Part shown: positions 10,703-21,970 of the stretch, one piece after another | How the letters are laid out: each line of letters opens with the position of its first letter | Numbering within the stretch: position 1 is the first letter of the stretch | From: a candidate division WOR-3 bacterium | GTDB lineage: Bacteria; Hydrothermota; Hydrothermia; Hydrothermales; Hydrothermaceae | Assembly (NCBI GenBank): GCA_965649125.1 | Contig: CBFGJO010000002.1 | Coordinates: 7,356 to 71,355, forward strand | Length of the DNA stretch: 64,000 nt | Direction of reading: 5' to 3' | Notes under the pieces: model-generated | What the model was told of the DNA's origin: nothing | Seen by the model: the letters and a program-made list of their open reading frames with translations, nothing else | Databases searched by the model: none | Program-made: the position numbers and the translations under genes

Positions 10703-11967
10703 ATTTATATCCCCATAAAAAGTTTTTATTTGCAATAGAAAAATTTAACCTTGTAAAAGAAAATGAAAAAATACTTGTTGCAATTTCAGGAGGACCTGAT
10801 TCAACATCATGTCTTTTAAATTTAAAGGCAATCCAAAAAGATAAAAATCTAAAACTATATGCAATTTATATTGACCATGGTTTAAGAGAGGATATAGAGG
10901 AAGATAAAAAATTTGTTAAAGGTTTATGTGCAAAATTAAATATACCGCTTTTTATTGAAAAAGTCAAAATAAAGGGAAAAGGAAGCATTGAGGAAAAAGC
11001 AAGAAAAGAAAGAATTAAAGTTTTTGAAAGATATATCAAAAAATATAAGTTTGATAAGATTGCAACAGGTCATAATTTAAACGATACGATTGAGACACTT
11101 TTATTTAGAATTTTTAGGGGGGGCTTTGGAGAAAAAATAATCGGGATAAATCCTTTAGAAGGAAATTTTATAAGACCATTAATTTTGACAACAAAAGATG
11201 AGAACATATCCTATTTAAAAAAATTAGGAATAAATTATAGAGTTGATATAACAAACTTTGATTTTAAAATAACAAGAAATTACATAAGACATAAAATACT
11301 CCCAATTTTTAAAGAAATTTTTCCTGATTTTGAAAAAGGATTTTTAAAGACTTACATTTCTTTTTTTGAGCAAAAAGATTTCGTAAAAAAACATATTGAA
11401 AATATATACAAAGAAAATATTTACATGGAAGGCGAAAATTTTGTAATTTTAAAACTTCCAAAAGTTTCAGATTACGAAATTTCTGAACTTTCAAATTATG
11501 TTTTTCAAAAAATTAAAAAGGATAAATCAATAAATTTCTATCAGAAAGAGGAAATTAAAAAAATATATAAAAAGGGAAGCGGAAGAGTTAGTTTATCAAA
11601 AAATATTTTTTTAGAAATTTCAATGGGATATTTTAGCATTTTTAAAGAAACTAAATTAAAAAACAAAGAAAAAATTAAAAAAGGTATTTTTAAATGGGAG
11701 CCACTTGGCATTAAAATAAAAATAAATAAAAATATTGAGGGGCTTTTAAGAAACTGGGAAGAAGGGGATTATATAATTATAAATAAAAAAAGAAAAAAAA
11801 TGAAAAAAGTATTTAATGAATTTAAAATACCAAGATTTTTAAGAAAATTTATCCCGGTTATTGCAAAAGATAAAAGGGTTTTATGGGCTTATCCCTCTAT
11901 ATTTTCTGATGAATTGAAAAAAATAAAGGATTTTGTTAAAATTATAGAAGTTAAAAATGAAACTTAA
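10699..11967 (+). CDS. tilS: tRNA(Ile)-lysidine synthetase
   Basis: It has the PP-loop SGGPDS and lies in the conserved tilS-hpt-ftsH order. Confidence 0.85.
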   Translation: MNLYPHKKFLFAIEKFNLVKENEKILVAISGGPDSTSCLLNLKAIQKDKNLKLYAIYIDHGLREDIEEDKKFVKGLCAKLNIPLFIEKVKIKGKGSIEEKARKERIKVFERYIKKYKFDKIATGHNLNDTIETLLFRIFRGGFGEKIIGINPLEGNFIRPLILTTKDENISYLKKLGINYRVDITNFDFKITRNYIRHKILPIFKEIFPDFEKGFLKTYISFFEQKDFVKKHIENIYKENIYMEGENFVILKLPKVSDYEISELSNYVFQKIKKDKSINFYQKEEIKKIYKKGSGRVSLSKNIFLEISMGYFSIFKETKLKNKEKIKKGIFKWEPLGIKIKINKNIEGLLRNWEEGDYIIINKKRKKMKKVFNEFKIPRFLRKFIPVIAKDKRVLWAYPSIFSDELKKIKDFVKIIEVKNET

Positions 11968-12487
11968 AGTCCTTATAAAAGAAAAAGAGATAAAAAGGAG
12001 AGTTAAGGAACTTGCAGAGGAAATAAAGAGGGATTATAAGGAAAAAGATCCAGTAATAATAGGTATTTTAAAAGGCGCTTTTGTGTTCTTGTCCGATCTT
12101 ATAAGGCGTCTTGATTTTCCTCATGAGATTGAGTTTTTAAGGGTATCAAGTTATGGGTCAAAAAGTATTTCAAATGGGAAGATAAAATGGATTATGAAGC
12201 CTGAGATTGTTTTAAAAGGTAGACATGTTTTAATTGTTGAGGATATAATTGATACAGGATTTACTTTGAAAAAAATATACGAAAAAATTAAAAAGGAAAA
12301 ACCTTTATCCTGTAAAATATGTGTTTTTCTTGATAAATTTGAAAGAAGAAAGATAGAGGTGCCCCTCCATTATGTAGGTTTCAGGGTCCCAAATTTTTTC
12401 CTTGTAGGGTATGGACTTGACTTTGACGAAAAATTCCGTTATCTTAAAGATATTAGAATTATAGATTTGGAGGAGAAAAATGAATGA
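11957..12487 (+). CDS. hpt: Hypoxanthine-guanine phosphoribosyltransferase
   Basis: It has the PRPP-binding motif VLIVEDIIDTGFTL. Confidence 0.9.
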   Translation: MKLKVLIKEKEIKRRVKELAEEIKRDYKEKDPVIIGILKGAFVFLSDLIRRLDFPHEIEFLRVSSYGSKSISNGKIKWIMKPEIVLKGRHVLIVEDIIDTGFTLKKIYEKIKKEKPLSCKICVFLDKFERRKIEVPLHYVGFRVPNFFLVGYGLDFDEKFRYLKDIRIIDLEEKNE

Positions 12488-14312
12488 AAAGAAAAAAGGA
12501 GGAGATTATTTAAAAGGAATTATTTTCTGGGTCTTGATATTCTTGTCTTTTGCACTTCTTATTGCATATTTTAGTGAGAAAAAAGTTTCTTTTTTAGAAA
12601 TTTCATATTCAAAGTTCTTAGAAGAAATAAAAAAAGGCAATATAAAAGAGATCATTTTTACTGAGAAAGAAATAACCGGGGAATTCAAAAATCCTGTTAT
12701 CATAAAAGATGTAAACTATCAAAATTTTAGACTTTCTCTTCCATTTCCAAAGCCTGATCTTCTTGACCTCTTAACACAAAAAGGGGTTGAAGTCAAAACA
12801 AAAACAAAAAATCCTTTCTGGGAAGTTTTACTTGGTTATGCCCCCTGGTTTTTAATTTTTATTGTATTCTGGTTCTTATTTTTAAGACAGATTCAAGGGG
12901 GAAGTTCAAGAGCCTTTTCATTTGGAAAGGTTAGAGCAAAGATACTAACAGAGGATAGACCAAAAGTAACATTTAATGATGTAGCAGGATGTGATGAGGC
13001 AAAAGAGGAACTTAAAGAAGTTATAGAATTTCTTAAAAATCCACAAAAGTTTCAAAAACTTGGAGCAAGAATACCAAAAGGTGTATTACTTTTAGGACCA
13101 CCTGGAACAGGTAAAACACTACTTGCAAAGGCAGTTGCAGGGGAAGCAAAAGTTCCTTTTCTTTCAATCTCAGGTTCTGACTTTGTAGAGCTCTTTGTTG
13201 GTGTTGGAGCAGCAAGAGTAAGAGACCTTTTTGACCAGGCAAAAAAGATGGCACCTGCTATAGTTTTCATAGACGAGATAGATGCAGTTGGAAGATTAAG
13301 AGGAGCGGGACTTGGTGGTGGACATGATGAAAGAGAGCAAACACTTAACCAGCTCCTTGTTGAAATGGATGGGTTTGATACGAAAGACGGTGTGATAATA
13401 ATGGCTGCAACAAATAGACCTGATATTTTGGACCCTGCGCTTTTAAGACCCGGAAGGTTTGATAGACAGATAGTTATTGATAGACCTGATGTTAGGGGTA
13501 GAGAAGAAATACTTAAAATACATACAAGGAGAATACCTCTTGGAGAAGATGTTGATTTAAAGAAACTTGCAAGGGGTACACCTGGTTTTGCAGGTGCAGA
13601 CCTTGCAAATATGGTAAATGAGGCTGCCCTTCTTGCAGCAAGAAAGGGAAAAAATAAGGTTGAGATGGAAGATTTTGAAGAAGCAAAAGATAAAGTTTTA
13701 ATGGGTTTAGCAAGAAAAAGTCTTGCACTCTCCCCTGAAGAAAAAAGGGTGATAGCCTACCATGAAGCAGGACATGCACTTGTCTCAAAGTATGTTCCTC
13801 ATTCTGACCCAATTCATAAAGTTACAATAATACCAAGGGGAAGAGCACTTGGAATTACACAACAACTTCCAGAGGATGATAGGCATATCTATTCAAAAGA
13901 ATACCTTGAAAGCCAGTTAGCAGTTTTACTTGGTGGAAGAGCAGCAGAAAGGATAGTATTAAATACAGAAACAACAGGTGCAGCAAGTGATTTAGAAAGA
14001 GCAACAGAAATAGCAAGAAAGATGGTTTGTGAATGGGGAATGAGCGAAAAAATTGGTTCTGTTACATTTGGTAAGGTAGAAGAAGAAATATTTCTTGGAA
14101 GGGAACTTGGAGCAAAAAGATATTATAGTGAGAAAACTGCTGAAATGATTGATGAAGAAATTAAAAATATAATTAAAAAAGCAGAAGAAACAGCAGAAAA
14201 AATTATAAAAGAGAAAAAAAATATACTTGAAAAAATAGTTGAAAAATTACTTGAAAAAGAAATTCTTGAAAGAGAAGAGATTGATGAAATAATAAAAAAT
14301 TATTCAATTTGA
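12480..14312 (+). CDS. ftsH: ATP-dependent zinc metalloprotease FtsH
   Basis: It has two TM segments, AAA Walker A (GPPGTGKT) and the HEAGH zinc motif. Confidence 0.95.
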   Translation: MNEKKKGGDYLKGIIFWVLIFLSFALLIAYFSEKKVSFLEISYSKFLEEIKKGNIKEIIFTEKEITGEFKNPVIIKDVNYQNFRLSLPFPKPDLLDLLTQKGVEVKTKTKNPFWEVLLGYAPWFLIFIVFWFLFLRQIQGGSSRAFSFGKVRAKILTEDRPKVTFNDVAGCDEAKEELKEVIEFLKNPQKFQKLGARIPKGVLLLGPPGTGKTLLAKAVAGEAKVPFLSISGSDFVELFVGVGAARVRDLFDQAKKMAPAIVFIDEIDAVGRLRGAGLGGGHDEREQTLNQLLVEMDGFDTKDGVIIMAATNRPDILDPALLRPGRFDRQIVIDRPDVRGREEILKIHTRRIPLGEDVDLKKLARGTPGFAGADLANMVNEAALLAARKGKNKVEMEDFEEAKDKVLMGLARKSLALSPEEKRVIAYHEAGHALVSKYVPHSDPIHKVTIIPRGRALGITQQLPEDDRHIYSKEYLESQLAVLLGGRAAERIVLNTETTGAASDLERATEIARKMVCEWGMSEKIGSVTFGKVEEEIFLGRELGAKRYYSEKTAEMIDEEIKNIIKKAEETAEKIIKEKKNILEKIVEKLLEKEILEREEIDEIIKNYSI

Positions 14313-14338
14313 TTTTTTTATTTTATACCATTTATAAT
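14309..14338 (+). promoter_or_regulatory. Candidate sigma70 promoter for the S8 protease gene (TTGATT-N18-TATAAT)
   Basis: TTGATT at 14309-14314 and TATAAT at 14333-14338. An AGGAGGT RBS lies 7 nt before the ATG at 14368. Confidence 0.35.
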
Positions 14339-14367
14339 TGTAATATTAATTATAGGAGGTGAGAAAT

Positions 14368-17322
14368 ATGTGGTATAGCATAATAATAAGTATGGTGATA
14401 AATATGGGGATGGATAAAATAATGCCATCCCTGAAGGAAATCATGCAGAATACAGGACCGGATGAAAAAATAGGGGTGCTTGTGCATCTTGCTGAAAAAC
14501 CTGATTTTGAAGCAATAAAAGGATTAAAGCCAAAGGAATATGTTGAATTTTTAAAGAATTTCTCTGAGAATTCACAAAGGGATATATTAAATTACTTAAA
14601 AAGAAATTTCAAAGATAAAATATCTGATTTGACTCCATACTGGATATTTAACGGATTCTATGTAAAAGCAACAAAGGATGTGATTGAAAAACTTGCTCAA
14701 AGAGAGGATGTTGAATACATAATTGAAGATTTTGAAGTCCCACTGGCTGACCTTACAATCCCGGAAAAGAAAGATTTTGAAACTTATGCAATAGAATGGA
14801 ACATATTAAAGGTAAGAGCCGATTCCTGCTGGATGATAGGCTATACAGGGGAAGGAGTGATAATAGGTCATATGGATACAGGTGTTGATGTGAATCATCC
14901 TGCACTTCAAGGTAAATGGCTTTCACCTTACTGGTATGACCCTGTAAATGGACAGCCTAATCCATATGATGACCATGGACATGGAACTCATACAATGGGG
15001 ACAATTCTTGGTGGTGATGGACTAGGTCCATTTGCAAATGACATAGGGGTTGCGCCCGGTGCAAAATTTGTAACCTGTAAAATATGTAATGCAAGTGGTT
15101 CATGTCCAACCTCCGCAATTCATGCTGGATTCCAAAAGACTGCTGAATGGAAAGGACAAGGGGTAAATATTGTTGCAAATTCTAATTCATGGGGTGGCTC
15201 AATGACTTCTACTGAATTCTGGCAGGATGTTTTAAACTGGAGAAACATAGGTATTATCCCCGTATTTGCTATTGGAAATGAAGGAACTTCATCAAATAGG
15301 ACACCAGGTAATTTCCCAACAACAATAGGTGTTGGTGCAACTGATGCCTCTGATTACATTGCATCTTTTTCTTCAAGAGGACCTGCTCCAAACCAACCTC
15401 CATGGAATGACCCTCAATACTGGCCAACACCTGATTGGAATTTAACAAAACCAAACATATCTGCACCAGGAGTTAATGTAAACTCATCCTTACCGGGTGG
15501 TTCCTATGGAACCATGTCAGGAACTTCAATGGCAACTCCTCATGTTGCAGGTGCTATTGCAATCCTCTATCAAAAAAATCCAAATTTAACATTTACAGAG
15601 GTTTATAACTTACTTTTAAATTATGCAAGGAGACCATCTCATGGTGCACCCTATCCAAATAATACCTATGGATGGGGAATATTAAATGTCTATCAATCAC
15701 TCATTCATACACCTTCACCAGGTATGCCTGAATCGCTTACAGTTTTCACACCTTTCAATTTTGAAAAAACTTTCACAAGAAATCCTTTATTTAAAATGAG
15801 GGCTGTTGATCCACAGGGTGATGATATAATCTATCAAATTGTATGGGCACTTGATACACTATTTACAAGTCCTGAAAGTGTAAATACACAACCTTATCCA
15901 AGTGGTCAGATTATAAGTTATAATTTACCTGTTCCACTTAACCATGGAGAAACTTACTGGATTAAAGTAAGGGCAAGAGATACAACTTCAAGTGGTTCAT
16001 GGTCACAGTTTACACAAAGATTTTCCTTAACAATTGATACAACAATGCTTCAAAATACATGCTCATGGTATCAAACAAAAGGGGCACAGTTTAAATACAA
16101 TAGTTTCTATGGAACAAAAATAGAAGGGGATAGCGTTGTTTTAGAGACTTATGGGTATGTTATTGATACACTACTTTGCCAGAATTTTGAAGCAGGAGTG
16201 ATTCCACCTGGATGGACTGTTATTGATGGAAATAACGATGGATATAAATGGACAGTTGGGACAACAACTGATTTAGGCTCATACACTCCACCAAATTATG
16301 GAACAAAGTATGCATACTATTCAGATGATGACGCAGGAAATGGTGTTATAAATTACAATGAAGAACTATGGACACCTCCAATTGGTATTCCACAAAATGC
16401 TGCAAATTTAAAATTTAAATATGGATATGGTTTCAGGGTTTATCAAACAGGTGAAAAATTGAGAACACATTTCAGAAAGAAAATTGGCTCTTCATGGACA
16501 CAATGGACAGAACTAAAAGTTTATACGGCAAGTGGAGCAGGAACAGATTCCTTTGATTTATCAAACCAATTGCCCTGTGATTCAATTCAGTTTAGATTCT
16601 TCTATAGCGATTCAACTGCTTCAAGCCACTGGGGATGGGCATGTGCTGCTGATAATGTATTTTTAATTTACTCTTACACATACCAGAATAATGAAGGAAA
16701 AATGACAACTGCACCATGTCTATACAATAATCTATCAATTACCTATCCAAGAGGAGCCTGGGGATATGTATACTGGGAAAAAAGCAAACAAGAAGATTCA
16801 GTAGGTGTTCAGGTAGAATACTTTGATGGAAGTTCATGGCAACTTGTCCCGGATAACATATTACCAGGAAACTCTCAGGGATTTTTCACACAGAATAAAA
16901 TTGGACAGGTTAGCATAATGAATCTTGATACAGTAGCATACAATACACTAAGACTTAAAACGATATTTCTAAGAAAACAAAATGCACAAAACCCTGCATT
17001 GCTCTGGATTGAAATAGGTAATCCTGCTGTTTCTTCAGAAGAAATTTCGCGCAACTTTCTAAAACCAAATATTTCTGCTTATCCAACAATATTTAATGAT
17101 AAACTGCATATAAAATATTTTATTCCACCTTTTGAAAGAGCAAAAATTAAAATATACAATGCATCAGGAAGAATTTTAAAGGAAATCACTTACAATCCTT
17201 CAAATTTGCCTATTTCAGGAACATATATATTTGAAGGGAAAAAGATAACCCAGGGAATATACTTCATAAGATTTGAAACAAAATCCTATAAAAAGACATT
17301 AAAGACAATATATGTGAAATAA
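14368..17322 (+). CDS. Subtilisin-like (S8) serine protease with a T9SS (Por) C-terminal sorting domain
   Basis: The catalytic triad motifs are GHMDTGVD, HGHGTHTMG and GTSMATPHVAG. The C-terminal ~80 aa (KIKIYNASGRILKEITYNPSNLPISGTYIFEGKKITQGIYFIRFETKSYKKTLKTIYVK) match the Por_Secre_tail pattern. The start is moved to the ATG at 14368, which is preceded by an RBS. Confidence 0.85.
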   Translation: MWYSIIISMVINMGMDKIMPSLKEIMQNTGPDEKIGVLVHLAEKPDFEAIKGLKPKEYVEFLKNFSENSQRDILNYLKRNFKDKISDLTPYWIFNGFYVKATKDVIEKLAQREDVEYIIEDFEVPLADLTIPEKKDFETYAIEWNILKVRADSCWMIGYTGEGVIIGHMDTGVDVNHPALQGKWLSPYWYDPVNGQPNPYDDHGHGTHTMGTILGGDGLGPFANDIGVAPGAKFVTCKICNASGSCPTSAIHAGFQKTAEWKGQGVNIVANSNSWGGSMTSTEFWQDVLNWRNIGIIPVFAIGNEGTSSNRTPGNFPTTIGVGATDASDYIASFSSRGPAPNQPPWNDPQYWPTPDWNLTKPNISAPGVNVNSSLPGGSYGTMSGTSMATPHVAGAIAILYQKNPNLTFTEVYNLLLNYARRPSHGAPYPNNTYGWGILNVYQSLIHTPSPGMPESLTVFTPFNFEKTFTRNPLFKMRAVDPQGDDIIYQIVWALDTLFTSPESVNTQPYPSGQIISYNLPVPLNHGETYWIKVRARDTTSSGSWSQFTQRFSLTIDTTMLQNTCSWYQTKGAQFKYNSFYGTKIEGDSVVLETYGYVIDTLLCQNFEAGVIPPGWTVIDGNNDGYKWTVGTTTDLGSYTPPNYGTKYAYYSDDDAGNGVINYNEELWTPPIGIPQNAANLKFKYGYGFRVYQTGEKLRTHFRKKIGSSWTQWTELKVYTASGAGTDSFDLSNQLPCDSIQFRFFYSDSTASSHWGWACAADNVFLIYSYTYQNNEGKMTTAPCLYNNLSITYPRGAWGYVYWEKSKQEDSVGVQVEYFDGSSWQLVPDNILPGNSQGFFTQNKIGQVSIMNLDTVAYNTLRLKTIFLRKQNAQNPALLWIEIGNPAVSSEEISRNFLKPNISAYPTIFNDKLHIKYFIPPFERAKIKIYNASGRILKEITYNPSNLPISGTYIFEGKKITQGIYFIRFETKSYKKTLKTIYVK

Positions 17323-17352
17323 TTGACTTAAAACTTTTTAAAAGTTTATAAT
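17323..17352 (+). promoter_or_regulatory. Candidate sigma70 promoter for the P5C dehydrogenase/thrS/infC unit (TTGACT-N18-TATAAT)
   Basis: TTGACT at 17323-17328 and TATAAT at 17347-17352. An AAAGGAGGAAGAA RBS lies before the GTG at 17377. Confidence 0.4.
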
Positions 17353-17376
17353 TTTGTTCTTTAAAAGGAGGAAGAA

Positions 17377-18924
17377 GTGATTTTACCTTTTAAAAATGAA
17401 CCTTTTACGGATTTTAGTTTACCTGAAAATAAAGAGAAAATGATAAAAGCAATTGAAAAGATTGAAAAGGAAATGGGAAGAGAAATTCCACTTATTATAA
17501 ATGGAAAAGAAGTCTATAAAAAGGAAAAAATAAAATCAATTAATCCATCAAATAAAGATGAAATAGTTTGTCTTGCACAAAAAGCAGATAGGGAGGATGC
17601 GGAAAAGGCACTTGAAAGTGCATGGAAGGCATTTAAAGAATGGCAGTTTTTTCCGCCTGAAGAAAGGGCTAATATTTTATTCAAGGCAGCAGAGATTGCA
17701 AGGAAAAGGAAATTTGAACTTGCTGCTACAATGGTTCTTGAAGTCGGGAAAAACTTTTCAGAGGCAGACGCTGATGTTGCAGAAACAATAGATTATTTTG
17801 AATTCTACGGAAGGGAAATGTTAATATACTCACAGCCACAACCTTTAACTCCTTATCCTGGAGAGATAAATGAATATTTCTATATCCCTCTTGGAGCAGG
17901 AGTTATAATACCTCCGTGGAACTTCCCCCTTGCAATCCTTTCAGGAATGTCATCAGCAGCAATAGTAACAGGAAATGCTATAGTTTTAAAACCTTCATCT
18001 GATTCCCCTCTGACAGGATATAGATTTTATGAAATAATGCAAGAAGCAGGATTACCCGAGGGAATTTTAAACTTCTTAACTGGTCCAGGAGGGGTGGTTG
18101 GTGATTATCTTGTTGCTCATCCAAAAACAAGGTTTGTTGCATTTACTGGTTCAAAAGAGGTTGGGTGTCATATATACGAACTTGCAGCAAAAGTCCAGGA
18201 AGGACAAATCTGGCTTAAAAGAGTAATAGCGGAGATGGGTGGAAAAGATGCAATAATTGTTGATGATGAATGTGACATTGAAGATGCAGTAGATGGAGTT
18301 TTGGTTTCTGCGTTTGGCTATCAGGGACAGAAATGTTCCGCATGTTCAAGAGCAATTGTTCATGAAAAAATTTATAAAGATTTTCTGGATATTTTAAAAG
18401 AAAAAGTAGAGAAGATAAGTATAGGACCAGCAAAGGAAAACCATTTTATGGGACCTGTTATAAATGAGGCAAGTGAAAAGAAAATTCTTGAGTATATAGA
18501 AATAGGTAAAAAAGAAGGAAAACTTTTAACAGGAGGAGAAAAAGCAGAGGGTAACGGATTCTATATAAAACCAACAGTATTCTATGATGTTGATTCTAAA
18601 GCAAGAATTGCACAGGAAGAGATTTTTGGACCTGTTCTTGCTGTTATAAAAGCAAAAGATTTTGACCATGCCCTTGAGATAGCAAATGATACAATTTATG
18701 GTCTTACAGGTTCTGTTTATACAAAAAATAGAGAAAAGATATATAAGGCAAAAAGGATTTTTCATTGCGGGAATCTCTATATAAATAGAAAATGCACAGG
18801 TGCACTTGTTGATGTCCATCCTTTTGGTGGATTCAATATGTCGGGAACTGATTCAAAAGCAGGAGGGAGAGACTATCTTCTCCTCTTTCTGCAGGGTAAA
18901 AGTGTATCTGAAAAAATAAGGTAG
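17377..18924 (+). CDS. L-glutamate gamma-semialdehyde (1-pyrroline-5-carboxylate) dehydrogenase, aldehyde dehydrogenase family
   Basis: It has a RocA/PruA-type N-terminal (FKNEPFTDFS..), an ALDH core, and catalytic Cys in GQKCSACS. Confidence 0.8.
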   Translation: MILPFKNEPFTDFSLPENKEKMIKAIEKIEKEMGREIPLIINGKEVYKKEKIKSINPSNKDEIVCLAQKADREDAEKALESAWKAFKEWQFFPPEERANILFKAAEIARKRKFELAATMVLEVGKNFSEADADVAETIDYFEFYGREMLIYSQPQPLTPYPGEINEYFYIPLGAGVIIPPWNFPLAILSGMSSAAIVTGNAIVLKPSSDSPLTGYRFYEIMQEAGLPEGILNFLTGPGGVVGDYLVAHPKTRFVAFTGSKEVGCHIYELAAKVQEGQIWLKRVIAEMGGKDAIIVDDECDIEDAVDGVLVSAFGYQGQKCSACSRAIVHEKIYKDFLDILKEKVEKISIGPAKENHFMGPVINEASEKKILEYIEIGKKEGKLLTGGEKAEGNGFYIKPTVFYDVDSKARIAQEEIFGPVLAVIKAKDFDHALEIANDTIYGLTGSVYTKNREKIYKAKRIFHCGNLYINRKCTGALVDVHPFGGFNMSGTDSKAGGRDYLLLFLQGKSVSEKIR

Positions 18925-20834
18925 TGGGAGCAAAGTTAATTTATCCTGATGGCAAAGTAGAGGATGTAGAAAAAGGAAAAAAATTAGGGGAATTTTTAAA
19001 TGAGAGATATTTATGTGGCAAAATAGGAAACGAAATTTTTGATTTTTCTTATGAAATTCAGGGAAATGAAGAAATAATCCTATGTGATTTTACTTTTCAT
19101 GAGGGGAAAATCGCGTTCTGGCATACCTCTTCACATATTCTTGCAAATGCAGTAAAAGAACTATTTCCGGATGCAAAACTTGGAATAGGACCTGCAATAG
19201 AAAATGGTTTTTATTACGATTTCTATGTTGAAAAACCCTTTACAGAAGAAGACCTTAAAAAAATAGAAGAAAAGATGAGAGAGATAATAAAAAGGGATGA
19301 AAAACTTCATAAAATAGATATAAGTTATGAAGAAGCAAAAAAGATTTTTGGGGAATTGAAAGAAAATTTCAAATTGGAACTTATAGAGGAGATAAAGGAT
19401 GAGAAGATAACAGTTTATAAACATGGAAACTTTATAGATTTATGTAAAGGACCCCATGTAAAGAGCACAGGAATTATAAAAGAGGTAAAGGTGCTCTCCT
19501 CTTCTGGATGTTATTGGAGAGGCGACGAAAGAAATGAGAGGATGCAAAGGATTTACGGAATTTCATTTCCTTCAAAAAAAGAACTTGAAGAATTTTTGAT
19601 TTTTTATGAAGAGGCAAAAAAGAGGGATCATAGAAAACTTGGGAAAGAACTTGAACTCGTTTTCTTTTCAGAAGAGACAGGACCTGCACTTCCAATATGG
19701 TTTCCGAAAGGCGCTATTATAAGAAAAATAATTGAGAATTTCCTTTATGAAGAACATATAAAAAGGGGGTACTTACCTGCTATTACACCACATATCGGGA
19801 AAAAAGAACTGTGGAAAAGGTCAGGACATCTTGATTTCTATATTGAAAATATGTTTCCTGAAATGAAAATAAGTGAAAATGAAAGTTATTTTATAAAACC
19901 GATGAATTGCCCATTCCACATCCAGATTTATAAATCAAAAACAAGGTCATATAGAGATCTGCCTTTTAGAATCTTTGAATTCGGGAATGTTTACAGGTTT
20001 GAAAGGAGCGGTGTTTTACATGGACTTATAAGGGTAAGAGGATTCACACAGGATGATGCCCATATTTTCTGCAAAGAAGAAGATATTAAAGATGAGATAA
20101 AAAATGTGATAGATTTTGCCATGTTCATTCTTGAAAAATTTGGATTTGAAAAGTATCATGTGAATATATCCACAATGCCTGAAAAACATGTAGGTGATGA
20201 AAGAATGTGGGAAATTGCAACTAATTCATTAATAGAAGCTGTAAGGGAAAAGGGGCTCAGTTTTAAAATAGAAGAGGGTGAAGGTGCTTTTTATGGACCA
20301 AAAATAGATATATTGATAGAGGATGCATTAAAGAGAAAATGGCAGTGCACAACAATCCAGTTTGATTTTAATATACCAGAAAGGTTTGAAGTAAAATATA
20401 AAGATAGGGATGGTAAAGATAAAACCCCTTATTTAATCCATAGGGCACTGATAGGCTCTTTTGAAAGGTTTTTCGGACTTTTAATTGAACATTATGAAGG
20501 TAATTTCCCATTATGGCTTGCTCCGGTCCAGATGAGAATTTTAACTTTAAGTGAAGAGGTAAATGATTATGCAGAAAAAATATTGGAAATATTTAGAAAA
20601 GAAAGGATAAGAGTAGATACGGATTTATCAAATGAAAGAATTTCTTATAAAATAAGAAATGCTGAAAATGAAAAAATCCCTTATATGATAATAATAGGGA
20701 AAAATGAAAAAAAAGAAAATAAAATCTCTGTAAGGAAACATAAGGAAGGTGAAAAGGGAATTTTTGAGATAGAAGAATTTATAAAAATTTTTAAGGAGGA
20801 AGCAAAAGGATATGGGAAGGAAAAAATTTTTTAG
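18924..20834 (+). CDS. thrS: Threonyl-tRNA synthetase
   Basis: It has a TGS domain, a class II core and an anticodon-binding domain. The GTG start overlaps the upstream stop. Confidence 0.93.
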   Translation: MGAKLIYPDGKVEDVEKGKKLGEFLNERYLCGKIGNEIFDFSYEIQGNEEIILCDFTFHEGKIAFWHTSSHILANAVKELFPDAKLGIGPAIENGFYYDFYVEKPFTEEDLKKIEEKMREIIKRDEKLHKIDISYEEAKKIFGELKENFKLELIEEIKDEKITVYKHGNFIDLCKGPHVKSTGIIKEVKVLSSSGCYWRGDERNERMQRIYGISFPSKKELEEFLIFYEEAKKRDHRKLGKELELVFFSEETGPALPIWFPKGAIIRKIIENFLYEEHIKRGYLPAITPHIGKKELWKRSGHLDFYIENMFPEMKISENESYFIKPMNCPFHIQIYKSKTRSYRDLPFRIFEFGNVYRFERSGVLHGLIRVRGFTQDDAHIFCKEEDIKDEIKNVIDFAMFILEKFGFEKYHVNISTMPEKHVGDERMWEIATNSLIEAVREKGLSFKIEEGEGAFYGPKIDILIEDALKRKWQCTTIQFDFNIPERFEVKYKDRDGKDKTPYLIHRALIGSFERFFGLLIEHYEGNFPLWLAPVQMRILTLSEEVNDYAEKILEIFRKERIRVDTDLSNERISYKIRNAENEKIPYMIIIGKNEKKENKISVRKHKEGEKGIFEIEEFIKIFKEEAKGYGKEKIF

Positions 20835-21360
20835 AGGACCTGTAAAAAGGGAACCCGAACCTTATAAAGTGAATGAAAAAATAAATGCAAGAGAAGTAAG
20901 GGTAATTGATGAAGAAGGAAGACATCTTGGTATAATGGACATAAACTCTGCCCTTGAACTTGCCTACTCAAAGGGACTTGACCTTGTTGAAATAGCAGTA
21001 AACCAGAATCCGCCTGTCTGTAAAATAACAGATTATGGTAAATTTAAATATGAAATGAAGAAAAAAGAGAAAAAAGAGAAAAAAGTTCAAGGCGGCGAAG
21101 TTAAAGAAATATCATTCAGACCAACAACCTCAATGCATGATATTGAGATAAAACTCAAAAAGGTAAAAGAATTTATTGAAAATGGAAATAAAGTAAAAGT
21201 AAGGATATTCTTTAAAGGAAGGGAAAAAATGATGTTTGAAAAGGGTAAAGAAATATTCTATAAGATATTTGAAAAGATAAGTGAATGGGCTGAAGTTGAA
21301 AAAGAACCTGCTCCCTTAGGGATAAATCAATATGTTGCAATCATAAGAAAGAAAAAATAA
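20812..21360 (+). CDS. infC: Translation initiation factor IF-3
   Basis: INAREVRVIDEEGRHLG and VCKITDYGKFKYE match IF3 N and C domains. The ATG overlaps the thrS 3' end by 23 nt. Confidence 0.9.
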   Translation: MGRKKFFRGPVKREPEPYKVNEKINAREVRVIDEEGRHLGIMDINSALELAYSKGLDLVEIAVNQNPPVCKITDYGKFKYEMKKKEKKEKKVQGGEVKEISFRPTTSMHDIEIKLKKVKEFIENGNKVKVRIFFKGREKMMFEKGKEIFYKIFEKISEWAEVEKEPAPLGINQYVAIIRKKK

Positions 21361-21364
21361 TTCT

Positions 21365-21970
21365 TTAAAATTTATACTCTAAAAATATCCTTTCTCTTTC
21401 AAATTTTAATCCAAATTTCCTTTCTTTTATTTTTGATTTTGCCATATAATATGTTTGCAGGAATGAAGTGAAATGATTTATAACAATACCGAGTGAAAAA
21501 ACTTTTTTAATTTGCTCAAGTTCCCTTTCCCTTTCTCTTAATTTCATGAACTTTATCCATTTATCTTTATCTTCCCATCTCCATTTATTTTTTAATTTAT
21601 GTTTTTCAACATAATCATCCTGTAATTTTCTATCATCAGGATATATAGCCCTTGCCTTCCTTCTTAAATATTCAATGTAATCTTCATAAGAATAAAAATT
21701 TTCAACATTTATCCAGTAATCTTCATCTTTTATATGGGGGTTTGCACTTGCATAAATTTTAGCAAAGGATTTGTAACTTGAAATGGTGTTATCAATCGTT
21801 TTATTTGAAATAAAATAGGAAAATAAAAAAATGCTTTCAGAAAAAAAGAAAATTTTTGCAATCTCCTTTTCATTCAAAATATAAGTTCCGCTTCCTGGAA
21901 TTAGACCTGAAAATCCTGCATATATAAAAGGATTTTTAAATAGAAAGTTTATAAGAATAAAAATCTTCAT
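21365..21970 (-). CDS. Hypothetical secreted protein, translationally coupled to gyrA
   Basis: It has a signal-peptide-like N-terminus and no recognisable domain. It overlaps the gyrA stop by 4 nt. Confidence 0.4.
   Translation of the reverse strand: MKIFILINFLFKNPFIYAGFSGLIPGSGTYILNEKEIAKIFFFSESIFLFSYFISNKTIDNTISSYKSFAKIYASANPHIKDEDYWINVENFYSYEDYIEYLRRKARAIYPDDRKLQDDYVEKHKLKNKWRWEDKDKWIKFMKLRERERELEQIKKVFSLGIVINHFTSFLQTYYMAKSKIKERKFGLKFERERIFLEYKF

Noticed and set aside
17329-17348. AT-only near-palindrome (TAAAACTTTTTTAAAAGTTTA), considered as a terminator after the protease gene
   Set aside because: It has no GC stem and a loop of 1-2 nt. It coincides exactly with the spacer of a TTGACT-N18-TATAAT promoter, so it is more likely promoter sequence than a terminator.
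18880-18930. T-box leader upstream of thrS
   Set aside because: The thrS GTG start overlaps the stop of the preceding dehydrogenase gene, so there is no leader region.
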